57,422 bases of DNA from Candidatus Magasanikiibacteriota bacterium (GTDB lineage Bacteria; Patescibacteriota; Patescibacteriia; Magasanikbacterales; GWA2-37-8): NCBI GenBank assembly GCA_016189025.1, contig JACPGS010000004.1:1-57422 (forward strand), given 5' to 3'. This document shows, one piece after another, positions 1-8,720 of the stretch. The first letter of the stretch is position 1, and every line of letters begins with the position of its first letter. The position numbers and the translations under genes were made by a program. Under the pieces are notes generated by a model that ran no database searches, had not been told where the DNA came from, and saw only the letters and a program-made list of their open reading frames with translations.

Positions 1-138
1 CTACAAAGATAAATTCTTTGCAGTTGCCACTGCAGCAGGTTTGTAATCTTTCAAAGAACAAGAAACAATTAAATATCGGCGTATCCGACCGGATAATTGT
101 GTGTAGTTTAGTGATTTATTTGACAGGTTTTATGGGTA
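1..138. mobile_element. End of a repeated mobile element (IS-like); inverted copy at 57282..57419
   Basis: 1..138 is the exact reverse complement of 57282..57419. AT-rich, with a TTGACA at 120-125 facing into the flank and a possible ORF tail YKDKFFAVATAAGL* at 2..46. Family not assignable. Confidence 0.7.
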
Positions 139-2406
139 TTTTTCTGCATTCGAAAGGTACCATGCGCCGAGAAGCGGTTGGATTATGCCGCCGACCAGCT
201 TTTTGTCTTTCTTATTTTGCGCTTTGATGTAGAGGGCTAAGGCTTCGGCTTTTGGCTTTGCATCTTTGGCGGTAAATCCGGATTTAGTATCGTAAATGCC
301 GATTGTGCCATCTCTGAAGCCGACAATGTAATCTGGGTAGAAGGCAGACTCAAAGCCAGTATCCGGATCGGCGTAGGCAACAGCAAAATACCGCTCAAGC
401 GATTTGCCGTTTTTATACCACCAAACAACGGACTTTGATTTTTTGTTTTCGAGCAAAGCCTCAAAATCTTTCTCCGGATGGGTGCGCTTGGTGTAGAGCA
501 GGACTTTATCAGCATCTTTTGCCGACACCATAATCGCCTTATCAGCATCTACCAATTCGTAACTCTCATTGAAATACTCGACCTCCGGTACGTTCCAAAC
601 GTACTCCTTGCGTCGTTGTTTTGCCTCTTTTTCCTTTTTGTCTACCTCCTTAAATCGCTCTTTTGCGCGATCAATGATGTGCTTAAAAATCTTTTGATTT
701 TCTTCCGAGCAGACAACAATGCGCTGGATTACCAACCGGCTCTCTGGCTCATAACCGAGGAATTTATCGAACCACGCGTAAATAGCCATTTGAATTTTGG
801 TATGCGACCGCACCGGCGCAAATGGCAAAGAAGTAAGCTTGGCAAAGGCTTCATATGCCCGTTTGATCTCGGACGGATGCACGGCAAATACCGCTTTGTC
901 TCGCCCGATCACTTCTTTCTGTGCTTGTTCGTCTAGGTTTTCAATTACAGCGTCGGAGATGATGATCCTCGTTAATTCTTCAGGCAGGAGATCGAGCTTC
1001 ACATCTGCTTTTTTCTTTGCCTGCGCCGGGCTATCTTTTTCGGTGATACCGAAATACTTATTGGCCTCGTCATAAAACAATTTACGGAACGCAAGTGTGA
1101 GATCGCCATAATCAATACGGCTTAGGTAGATGGATTGCAAATTTACCGGCTTGTACGAGTCTTTGCGTACGGCGCGGTGGATTTTGAAATAACCCTCACT
1201 GTCACCATCATGCGCGACGGTCACGCGGGGAAGATTGGTATAAACGTACGCCTGATTGAGTGTTTCTTGCTCGTAGTGTTTGGCCTGTGGCATGCGCATA
1301 ATCCGGCCGACAGTTTGGATCTCAAACCGCTCAACTTTGATATCGCGGAACATGAGAAGAATTTGCGCACGCGGACAATCCCAGCCAAGCGCGATAGCCT
1401 GCTTGAAAATGAGCACTTCAATAGGCGAGTCATTATGGGAAATTTCGTCAAAAATCTCTGCGGGGTCGTGCCGATCGGAAAGCCACACACCGAGTTTTTC
1501 ATTGTTGACGGTAATGCCTTTTTCTCTCAAGTAATCCTCAATCTGCATGAGCTTGCTTGCATCAAGCGCACTCATGGTTTTTGACTCGCTAGGCAGTTGG
1601 ATAAGCAAAAGCGGATTTACATTGATGCCTTTTTTGCGGTAAAGCTCGGCGAGCTGTTCACGCTTTGCGAGCGCTGCGTCGAGAATTACCTTATCTTCCG
1701 TGTTTTTGAAATCACTGTACTTGGCGATAGCTTCGTTAATAACAGTCGCGGTCTTGATCATGCCTTCCTTCACCACATCTTCAAACCGGACGGAAACGTA
1801 TCCGGCATCGCCGGCTTCGATCTCTTCTACCGACGGCACAACGGCCGGCGTTGCGGAGATTTCCAAAATGAGTTTAGGTCCAATCACACCCTGCACCAGC
1901 TCCTGAGATTTCTTTGACCAGTAGTGATAATGGCTTTCGTCAACAATCAGTACAATTTCCAGCCCGTCTTTTTTGGTATTAGCGACGACATTCGGGAGAT
2001 TGCGATCAAATTCACTCTCGCGCATGAACAAATTGGTAAACTCACCTGTTGTGCGGTCTTGTTTGATGAGACTTTCCCAATTCACAAAAACAATCTGATT
2101 TTGACTGAAGCGGTTATCAGATAGCTCGTCGAGCAACGCGAACGAATAGCGCGAGTCGGCCAAGTAATCCTGAAGCTTCTTCTTGCTCTGAACATGTAGG
2201 TTGTTGCTCGAAATCCACACAAAAGCGTATCGGCCGGGCATTTCGGCATTAGAGAGTTGGCGCAGAAATTCAGCAGCCATGATGGTCTTGCCCGATCCGG
2301 TCGGTGCTTTGAGTACGCAAATGCGCGTTCCATTCTTACTTAAAAGTGTACGCGCTTTAGCGAGGAGTTTCGAAACTGCGTTTTGTTGATAGGTTTTGAG
2401 TGTCAT
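130..2406 (-). CDS. res: Type III restriction endonuclease Res subunit (SF2 helicase + PD-(D/E)xK nuclease)
   Basis: APTGSGKT Walker A, DESH, GWDCPRA, QTVGRIMR helicase motifs, C-terminal FYPDYIV...YDTK; downstream of mod. Stop codon lies inside the terminal repeat. Confidence 0.9.
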   Translation of the reverse strand: MTLKTYQQNAVSKLLAKARTLLSKNGTRICVLKAPTGSGKTIMAAEFLRQLSNAEMPGRYAFVWISSNNLHVQSKKKLQDYLADSRYSFALLDELSDNRFSQNQIVFVNWESLIKQDRTTGEFTNLFMRESEFDRNLPNVVANTKKDGLEIVLIVDESHYHYWSKKSQELVQGVIGPKLILEISATPAVVPSVEEIEAGDAGYVSVRFEDVVKEGMIKTATVINEAIAKYSDFKNTEDKVILDAALAKREQLAELYRKKGINVNPLLLIQLPSESKTMSALDASKLMQIEDYLREKGITVNNEKLGVWLSDRHDPAEIFDEISHNDSPIEVLIFKQAIALGWDCPRAQILLMFRDIKVERFEIQTVGRIMRMPQAKHYEQETLNQAYVYTNLPRVTVAHDGDSEGYFKIHRAVRKDSYKPVNLQSIYLSRIDYGDLTLAFRKLFYDEANKYFGITEKDSPAQAKKKADVKLDLLPEELTRIIISDAVIENLDEQAQKEVIGRDKAVFAVHPSEIKRAYEAFAKLTSLPFAPVRSHTKIQMAIYAWFDKFLGYEPESRLVIQRIVVCSEENQKIFKHIIDRAKERFKEVDKKEKEAKQRRKEYVWNVPEVEYFNESYELVDADKAIMVSAKDADKVLLYTKRTHPEKDFEALLENKKSKSVVWWYKNGKSLERYFAVAYADPDTGFESAFYPDYIVGFRDGTIGIYDTKSGFTAKDAKPKAEALALYIKAQNKKDKKLVGGIIQPLLGAWYLSNAEKYP

Positions 2407-2412
2407 AGACGT

Positions 2413-3165
2413 TTACTTGTAATTGACCTGAACAGCAAAGAATTTAACTTGTGTTGGGTCTAATCCAGTGGTTTGTTTTTGCGCCACAATTTTACCTCCC
2501 TGAGTCATATCCAAAGCGTGGTTAACCGCAGTCCATTCTACTTTGATCGCTTTTGGCATTCGTTCAGTCTTAATCTCATAATCTTTATGCGCTCGAGCAA
2601 GTTCACCATCCAGTGCTTTGATCTTTTTCCGCACCTGCCCAACCAAGCTTCGCAGACTTTCTACGGAGCCATATTCAACGTCATTGATAGAAAAGTTTGC
2701 ATCATAACGACGGTGCGTATGGTGCTTATATCCACGAACTCTATCAAGCGCTTTCAGAAAAGGTACATCTGTTTTATCTTCAAGTTTTATATTTGCGAGA
2801 TTGCTATATGCCTTAACTGACTCAGATATGCTGTTCATCCTGTACTTCAGCTTGTCATTAACCGCAATGAGTTTCAGGCGGTTTTCCAAATATACGAGTG
2901 TTTCTGCGATGAGATCGTCAAGGATGGAATTAAACGTACTTTGAAATTCCTCTGAGGGTAAATCCACTTGATTTAATCTATTTAGAGTATTTGTAATTCC
3001 ATAGTTAAACGCCCAGATCGGTGGACAGATTAGCGCACTGCTTTGCTTTCCGTCTTTGCTAAAATAGCCTGCGCCCAGCACTACTCCATCAAAAATTTCA
3101 AAACCACCAACTTCTTTTTTTGGTCGTTCTTCTTTCCGAAACAAATTTTTGAGCCAATTAAACAT
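2413..3165 (-). CDS. Hypothetical protein (AT-rich) between mod and res
   Basis: 250-aa ORF with 6-nt gaps on both sides; no family recognised; contains an Rx4H-like string (RGYKHH). Confidence 0.7.
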   Translation of the reverse strand: MFNWLKNLFRKEERPKKEVGGFEIFDGVVLGAGYFSKDGKQSSALICPPIWAFNYGITNTLNRLNQVDLPSEEFQSTFNSILDDLIAETLVYLENRLKLIAVNDKLKYRMNSISESVKAYSNLANIKLEDKTDVPFLKALDRVRGYKHHTHRRYDANFSINDVEYGSVESLRSLVGQVRKKIKALDGELARAHKDYEIKTERMPKAIKVEWTAVNHALDMTQGGKIVAQKQTTGLDPTQVKFFAVQVNYK

Positions 3166-3171
3166 AATTTC

Positions 3172-4887
3172 TCATTCGTCTTTATCCTTATCTCCGAACA
3201 ATCGGCGGTACACTTCAAGAATTGACTCTGGTATCGGACAAAGCGTGTGATCTACTTCAAGATTTTCAAAATCCTCGGCGTGGTCATCGTTTGAAAGAGA
3301 GAAGACGTAAATGTGCGCTGGCAGTTTGAGCACGTCCAGCTTTTTTCTGAAATCGGCAACGCTTTCCAAATCAAATAAAATGCCGGTATTGGTTTTACCA
3401 TCGGTGTAAACTTTAAATTCCTTTATGTCGTACTTTTTGGTAAAAGTATTCTCGCGTACACAGATCATCTCTGTAGATCGCTTCACGAGCTCACGGCGTG
3501 CGTTGTCGGATACTTCATCGCGAGGTACAAATGCAGTTTTGAAGTAGCGAACGTTAGCAGGAATACCGGTGATATCCGGTAATTCCTTCACGCCGTCGAT
3601 CACCTTTTTAATGCGAGGATACGTTACTTCTTCCGCGATATTGTTTTCGTTGTTTGTGCAGAGGATAAACTGGCGTTTTCCGCCATCCTCTTTATTTAGA
3701 GCTAAAACTGCGTGGCCGGTGGTTCCAGAGCCAGCAAAGAAGTCCAAAACTATGCCATTTTTACGGTGGTTGACGGCAGCGATACACTCACGAACGAGGT
3801 AAAGGGATTTCGGAAACGAAAATTTTGTTTTGATAATTTTCGTTAGCAATTGAGTCCCAAAAAGATTTGCATTAAAAAGTTTGTCGTCCCATACGGTCTT
3901 GTAATTGAAACGGGTCTTCTTTCTTATCACGTCCCAAATTTTTCGCTGCTTGTTGTATTCAACGGACAACTCATCTTTTATCTTTTCGACAGACTGTCGC
4001 GCAAAGACCCATTTCCGCTCATTACCTTGAGGATCGATGGGATAGATTTCCATCACCCCGTCTTTGCGCATGATATTTGCTGATTTTGGATGGAATGAGT
4101 CGGGCGAGACATTACCAAAGCCAGTGATTTTGCCGGCCTCCACGTAGATAGGATAGAAACAATTTTTTGCATCTGTTCTTAAATGATTACCCGTAGAAAC
4201 ATCGCGTAGCGGCCTAATGTCCGGTCTATCTTCGCGGTTTTGGAGTTCGATATACTTTTTACCGGCAGGAAATATAAAATAGGCATATTCGTGGTTATAT
4301 GAGAAGTTTTTTCCTTGTACTCCGCCGGGGTTATGGATGACGGTTATACAGTGTCTTTCATGTGCAGGGAAAAGCTCCTCAATCAAAACGCCTAGGTGTG
4401 CTTGCTCATTATCGTCGATTGCGCAAATTAACACACCATCTTCCTTTAACAAAGATTTCGCTAACCTCAAGCGTTTCCCCATCATTGAAAGCCATTTGCT
4501 GTGACGGAAAGTATCGTTACTATCAACGTAGTTATTGTTGTATTTCCAATCTTGCGCGCCGGTATTGTAGGGAGGATCAATGTAAATCACGTCGATCTTA
4601 CCAGCATGCGTGTAATTCAAAACCGAGAGTGCATGATAATTGTCACCCTCGATAATGAGATTGGTCGGCTCATCAGGAGTCTTCTCAATGGCTCGACTCG
4701 TGACTTGCTCAAGCACCGGTAACTCTGCCTCGCATTGAACTGCGACGTCTTCAGGCTTATCCTCCCAAACAAGGCCGAATTTTTTCTTTCTTCTTAATTT
4801 TCTAACCAAATCAAGAAGTTCCTCTCGTGTATATTCCTCGAGCGGTTTTCCGTTGCCATTGCCATTTTTGTGATTTCCATTCGCCAT
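3172..4887 (-). CDS. mod: Type III R-M Mod subunit, adenine DNA methyltransferase
   Basis: KKFGLVWE N-terminus, IYIDPPYNTG catalytic motif, LDFFAGSGTT SAM-binding motif (beta-class order). Confidence 0.93.
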   Translation of the reverse strand: MANGNHKNGNGNGKPLEEYTREELLDLVRKLRRKKKFGLVWEDKPEDVAVQCEAELPVLEQVTSRAIEKTPDEPTNLIIEGDNYHALSVLNYTHAGKIDVIYIDPPYNTGAQDWKYNNNYVDSNDTFRHSKWLSMMGKRLRLAKSLLKEDGVLICAIDDNEQAHLGVLIEELFPAHERHCITVIHNPGGVQGKNFSYNHEYAYFIFPAGKKYIELQNREDRPDIRPLRDVSTGNHLRTDAKNCFYPIYVEAGKITGFGNVSPDSFHPKSANIMRKDGVMEIYPIDPQGNERKWVFARQSVEKIKDELSVEYNKQRKIWDVIRKKTRFNYKTVWDDKLFNANLFGTQLLTKIIKTKFSFPKSLYLVRECIAAVNHRKNGIVLDFFAGSGTTGHAVLALNKEDGGKRQFILCTNNENNIAEEVTYPRIKKVIDGVKELPDITGIPANVRYFKTAFVPRDEVSDNARRELVKRSTEMICVRENTFTKKYDIKEFKVYTDGKTNTGILFDLESVADFRKKLDVLKLPAHIYVFSLSNDDHAEDFENLEVDHTLCPIPESILEVYRRLFGDKDKDE

Positions 4888-4889
4888 AG

Positions 4890-5087
4890 TTATTTTTTCT
4901 TTTTCGGTTTTACGTTGCTCGTCTGCTCCAAAAATGCATCCAAATCGGATTGCTTAATGCGCCATACGCCGATCTTGGATGCTTTAAGTCGGCCGGACTC
5001 AATGTAGCGATTGACCGAGCGCGTGCTAACGCGAAGGATTTCCGCCACTTCCTCAATGGTCAAAAGTTTTTCTGTTGGTTCGCTCAT
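4890..5087 (-). CDS. Excisionase-type helix-turn-helix DNA-binding protein
   Basis: LLTIEEVAEILRVSTRSVNRYIESGRLKASKIGVWRI matches the HTH_17/Xis pattern; first gene of the mod-res operon. Confidence 0.88.
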   Translation of the reverse strand: MSEPTEKLLTIEEVAEILRVSTRSVNRYIESGRLKASKIGVWRIKQSDLDAFLEQTSNVKPKKKK

Positions 5088-5111
5088 AATGTCGCAAATA
5101 CCTTATGCTTC

Positions 5112-5140
5112 ATTTTACTCTCATCAATGAGTGATGTCAA
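5112..5140 (-). promoter_or_regulatory. Sigma70-type promoter of the HTH-mod-orf-res operon
   Basis: TTGACA-17 nt-TAAAAT on the minus strand, overlapped by TGTC direct repeats. Confidence 0.7.
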
Positions 5141-5403
5141 AAGTGTCATCAAATGTCGGAGGGCTTGCCCACAGTTATTGAATAAAACCGGATACTGATT
5201 TGATTACAAACTTTGATGTGTATAAATGCTGGTTGTGCAAACTTGCTGCACTCTGCTATCATAAAATCAAGAACGGTTACTCTTGTAGGCCAAGAGAGCC
5301 GAGAAGTCCCCACTAAACACCAATGCGTGTTTTTGTGTGAATTTCTCGGCTCTTTTTCGTTTGCGCCCAGAAGTTCCACTAAAATACACGAAAAGCCACT
5401 CAT

Positions 5404-5943
5404 ATGGCTGAAGTCAATTCAAAACAACAGCGAGCGATCGAGCTCAAGTACGAAGGCGAAAACTACCAGGCAATTGCCAAAACGCTGCACGTCAGCGTAG
5501 ACACCATCAAAAACTGGTTTGCTTCCGACGGCGTCCTGTTTGAGAAATACCACGCCTACGCCAAAAGCATGAACCGCATGCGCGTACTTGAAGCGTCTAT
5601 CACCATCGCCCAACAGGTACATCTCGCTTCGCGCATGCTCATATCGCTCATGGGCAGTAAGCGGGACGAAGTTAAACTCAAAGCGGCGCGGGAAATTTTG
5701 AGCTATGCGTTCAAAGATGCCGGCATTGGCTCTCCTGATGCTGATGACGACTTGGACGTAGACAAAATGCGTTACGAAGAACGGCTCAACCTCTTTGAAA
5801 AACTCAAGAAGGAAGACAACCGCGTAACCGACAAATATCTTGAAGCGCTCGAAGAGGCCATACGAGCGGCACTGCCAAACTATGCTCACAATCAAAGCTT
5901 GCAGGAAGCTCTTGGGAACGTCCGGAAACGGGCTCTCCGATGA
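5404..5943 (+). CDS. HTH protein resembling phage small-terminase-like HTH proteins
   Basis: KQQRAIEL...YQAIAKTLHVSVDTIKNW HTH followed by a DEVKLKAAREIL helix. Confidence 0.55.
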   Translation: MAEVNSKQQRAIELKYEGENYQAIAKTLHVSVDTIKNWFASDGVLFEKYHAYAKSMNRMRVLEASITIAQQVHLASRMLISLMGSKRDEVKLKAAREILSYAFKDAGIGSPDADDDLDVDKMRYEERLNLFEKLKKEDNRVTDKYLEALEEAIRAALPNYAHNQSLQEALGNVRKRALR

Positions 5944-6091
5944 AGAAATCGAGCGCAAGCGCGATCAGTATTACGAGGTCGCGTACATGCTGTTTGACCT
6001 CTGGCGCGATACACAGCGCAGGAAGCCGAGATTGATCACGGTTTCCTTTGAAATGCGCTATTCTGTCAGCTTCGCCCCTGTGGGGCAGTGA
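5882..6091 (+). CDS. Small hypothetical protein immediately upstream of the recombinase
   Basis: ATG at 5882 (MLTIKACRKLLG...LSDEEIERKRDQYY); position suggests an element accessory factor. Confidence 0.55.
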   Translation: MLTIKACRKLLGTSGNGLSDEEIERKRDQYYEVAYMLFDLWRDTQRRKPRLITVSFEMRYSVSFAPVGQ

Positions 6092-6148
6092 GCTCGACTT
6101 GTCCACACGGTTAGCGCATTGTGTTGTTGACCCCTATTGAACCCCGCT

Positions 6149-7801
6149 ATGATCACTTCTGCAGAAAAATCACACGAAAAATTACGGGCAATCATTTACG
6201 CTCGCGTGTCCACCGAGGAACAGGCGAAGCATAATTTTAGTTTGGAGAACCAGGTCGAGGTATGCACGCGGTGGGTTAACGACCGCGGCTATGAGCTTGC
6301 GACTGCGCCATTTATAGACGCAGGACAATCGGCCAAAACAATGAACCGGCCGGCATTGCAGAAGTTGCTGGAATACTGCCGAAAACACAAAGATAGAGTG
6401 GACGCTGTGGTTATTTACAAAATTGATCGCGTCGCCAGAAATCTTGTCGATCACACAGCCATCAAGCTCATCCTCAGCCAAAATGGCATTTCTCTTTATT
6501 CGGCTACGGAAGCCATAGACAACACCACAACCGGCAAGCTGGTGGAGAACATTATGGCCACCATTGCCCAATTTGATAACGACACGAAAAGCGACCGCAC
6601 CAAAGACGGCATCAGAAAGCGAGTCGGCAAAGGTCAAATTTCGTGGGTCGCCTCACGTGGATACCGGCACGTGCTCACAACCGAGGGCAGAAAAACGATT
6701 GAACCCGATCCGGAGATTGCACCATTTATCAAACGTCTTTTTGAGGAGTACGCCAAAGGAATTTACAAAGTGAGTGAGCTAACGCGCATGGCACACTCGT
6801 GGGGTATGCGCGCAAAGAGAAGCAATAAGCCGATCCGCCAGCAGGCAATCCACAAAATCCTCCGCTCCAAACTCTATACCGGACGCTTTGATTATAAGGA
6901 CGAAGAAATAGAAGGCGGTTTTGAGCCGATCATCTCGGTCGAACTTTTCAATAAAGTCCAGTTTTACTTGGGAACGAATACCAACAACACCAGCCATCCC
7001 AAGCGGATGCTCAATCCTGATTTTCCGCTCCGCGTTACGGCACGATGCGCCAAGTGTAGCGGTAAATTTACCGGCAGCTGGTCGCGCGGCAATGGCGGAA
7101 AATATGCCTATTACCATTGCGCGAAATGCCATGCTCCCAACATTGCCAAAGCCGTCTTTGAGACACAGTTCATAGAGTTTCTGCAAAAGCTATCCCCTAA
7201 AGCAGGTGATGCACGACTTTTCAAATCAGTTGTTACAGACGCATGGCAGAAAAAGCAAAACGAGATCGGTCAGGATATTGCGCTGTTCGACAAACAAATC
7301 CAAAAAGCCGAGGATGAAAAGCAAAAAGTCATCGATCTTGCCAAGCGCGGCGTGTTAGACGACGAAACGGCAAAAGATGAGCTTGCTAAAGCAAAAGAAA
7401 AAATCGCTCTGTTACGAATAGAGCGCAATGAGTACCAGATTGACGAGTTTGATCTTGAGGCCGGCCTTAACTTCTGCTTGTTTTTCATGGAGAACGTTCA
7501 CCGGCTCTGGCATGAGGCCACGTTAGCCCAAAAGATAAAGTTCCAAGAGATGGTCTTCCCGAAAGGCGTGACGTACGACTATGAAAGATTTGGAACCACG
7601 GAAATTGCCAGTATTTACGAGCTAAAACAGGCAATTTCCGAGAAAAAATCTACGATGGTGCCGCCGGAGGGACTCGAACCCACAAGACCTTACGGTCATA
7701 GCATTTTGAGTGCTACGCGTATACCAATTTCGCCACGGCGGCTAAAACATCTACATTTTACCGCTCCTTTTGCCCTGCTGTCAACGGATGTGCTATACTA
7801 A
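6149..7801 (+). CDS. Large serine recombinase (resolvase + recombinase + Zn-ribbon/coiled-coil)
   Basis: YARVSTEEQ catalytic Ser motif, KIDRVARN, CxxC...YYHCxxC zinc ribbon; the C-terminal ~48 codons run antisense through tRNA-Leu and its upstream region. Confidence 0.93.
   Translation: MITSAEKSHEKLRAIIYARVSTEEQAKHNFSLENQVEVCTRWVNDRGYELATAPFIDAGQSAKTMNRPALQKLLEYCRKHKDRVDAVVIYKIDRVARNLVDHTAIKLILSQNGISLYSATEAIDNTTTGKLVENIMATIAQFDNDTKSDRTKDGIRKRVGKGQISWVASRGYRHVLTTEGRKTIEPDPEIAPFIKRLFEEYAKGIYKVSELTRMAHSWGMRAKRSNKPIRQQAIHKILRSKLYTGRFDYKDEEIEGGFEPIISVELFNKVQFYLGTNTNNTSHPKRMLNPDFPLRVTARCAKCSGKFTGSWSRGNGGKYAYYHCAKCHAPNIAKAVFETQFIEFLQKLSPKAGDARLFKSVVTDAWQKKQNEIGQDIALFDKQIQKAEDEKQKVIDLAKRGVLDDETAKDELAKAKEKIALLRIERNEYQIDEFDLEAGLNFCLFFMENVHRLWHEATLAQKIKFQEMVFPKGVTYDYERFGTTEIASIYELKQAISEKKSTMVPPEGLEPTRPYGHSILSATRIPISPRRLKHLHFTAPFALLSTDVLY
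7656..7742 (-). tRNA. tRNA-Leu(CAA)
   Basis: GCCGCCG/CGGCGGC acceptor stem, TAGCA-CTCAAAA-TGCTA anticodon arm, long variable arm, GGTTCGAGTCC, encoded CCA. Confidence 0.96.
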
Positions 7802-7806
7802 ACCGG

Positions 7807-8580
7807 ATGCCTATTATTATCTCCATCGTCAACCAAAAGGGGGGCGTCGGTAAAACCACTACCGCGGTTAATCTCGCGGCGGCGCTCGCTGAAGCGGGTA
7901 AATTCGTATTATTGGTAGATGCCGACCCCCAGGGCAACGCCACCTCGGGCCTCGGCATCCCCTATCGCGAATTGGAGCGCGGCCTGTACGAAACGCTCAT
8001 CGGCGCCACGCGGCTCTCCGAGGTGGTGCGCAACACCCCCCACGAAGGGTTGCGCCTGGCGCCGGCCACGCCAGACCTGGCGGGCGCCAATGTAGAACTG
8101 GTAACCGTGGAGGGGCGCGAAGGGAAGCTCTCGGAGGCGCTGCAGGAAGTGAGCCATGCTTATGATTTTATTCTGGTAGACTGCCCGCCCTCGCTCGGCC
8201 TACTGACCGTGAACGGGCTGGTGGCGGCAGACCAGGTGCTGATTCCGGTACAAGCCGAGTACTATGCGCTGGAGGGGCTGGGGAGCCTGCTCCAAACCCT
8301 TAATCTGGTGCGGGAACATCTTAAACCGTCGCTGCAGGTGCTTGGCGCCGTGCTGACGATGTTTGATGGCCGCAACAAACTGTCGGGAGAAGTGCTCCAG
8401 GAACTTTACCGCTATTTCCCGGACAACATTTTTCGCTCCGTGATTCCGCGCACCGTGCGCCTGGCCGAAGCGCCGAGCTTCGGCAAAAGCATTTTCCACT
8501 ACGAACCAGGCGGCAAAGGCGCCCGGGCCTACGAACGCCTGGCGCGGGAGCTCCTAGACCGCTTTCAACAACAATCATGA
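7807..8580 (+). CDS. parA: Chromosome partitioning ATPase ParA/Soj
   Basis: NQKGGVGKTTT deviant Walker A, DADPQGNAT, DCPPSLG, LAEAPSFG. Confidence 0.96.
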   Translation: MPIIISIVNQKGGVGKTTTAVNLAAALAEAGKFVLLVDADPQGNATSGLGIPYRELERGLYETLIGATRLSEVVRNTPHEGLRLAPATPDLAGANVELVTVEGREGKLSEALQEVSHAYDFILVDCPPSLGLLTVNGLVAADQVLIPVQAEYYALEGLGSLLQTLNLVREHLKPSLQVLGAVLTMFDGRNKLSGEVLQELYRYFPDNIFRSVIPRTVRLAEAPSFGKSIFHYEPGGKGARAYERLARELLDRFQQQS

Positions 8581-8685
8581 AACTACGGAATCATTACCTG
8601 GTCTGCCGCGACCAACCAAGTAAATTCCAGTAATAGCGATAGCGCCCAGGCGGATAACAATGTCGTAATCGTTCTTCATTCAGCC
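8578..8685. repeat. Degenerate copy of MITE family A between parA and parB
   Basis: GTCTGCCGCGACCAACC...AATAGCGATAGCGCCCAGGCGGATAAC matches the interior of the copy at 35925..36102. Confidence 0.6.
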
Positions 8686-8720
8686 GTCTTTTTTTGCTTA
8701 ATTTGCTTACTAACTCAAAT

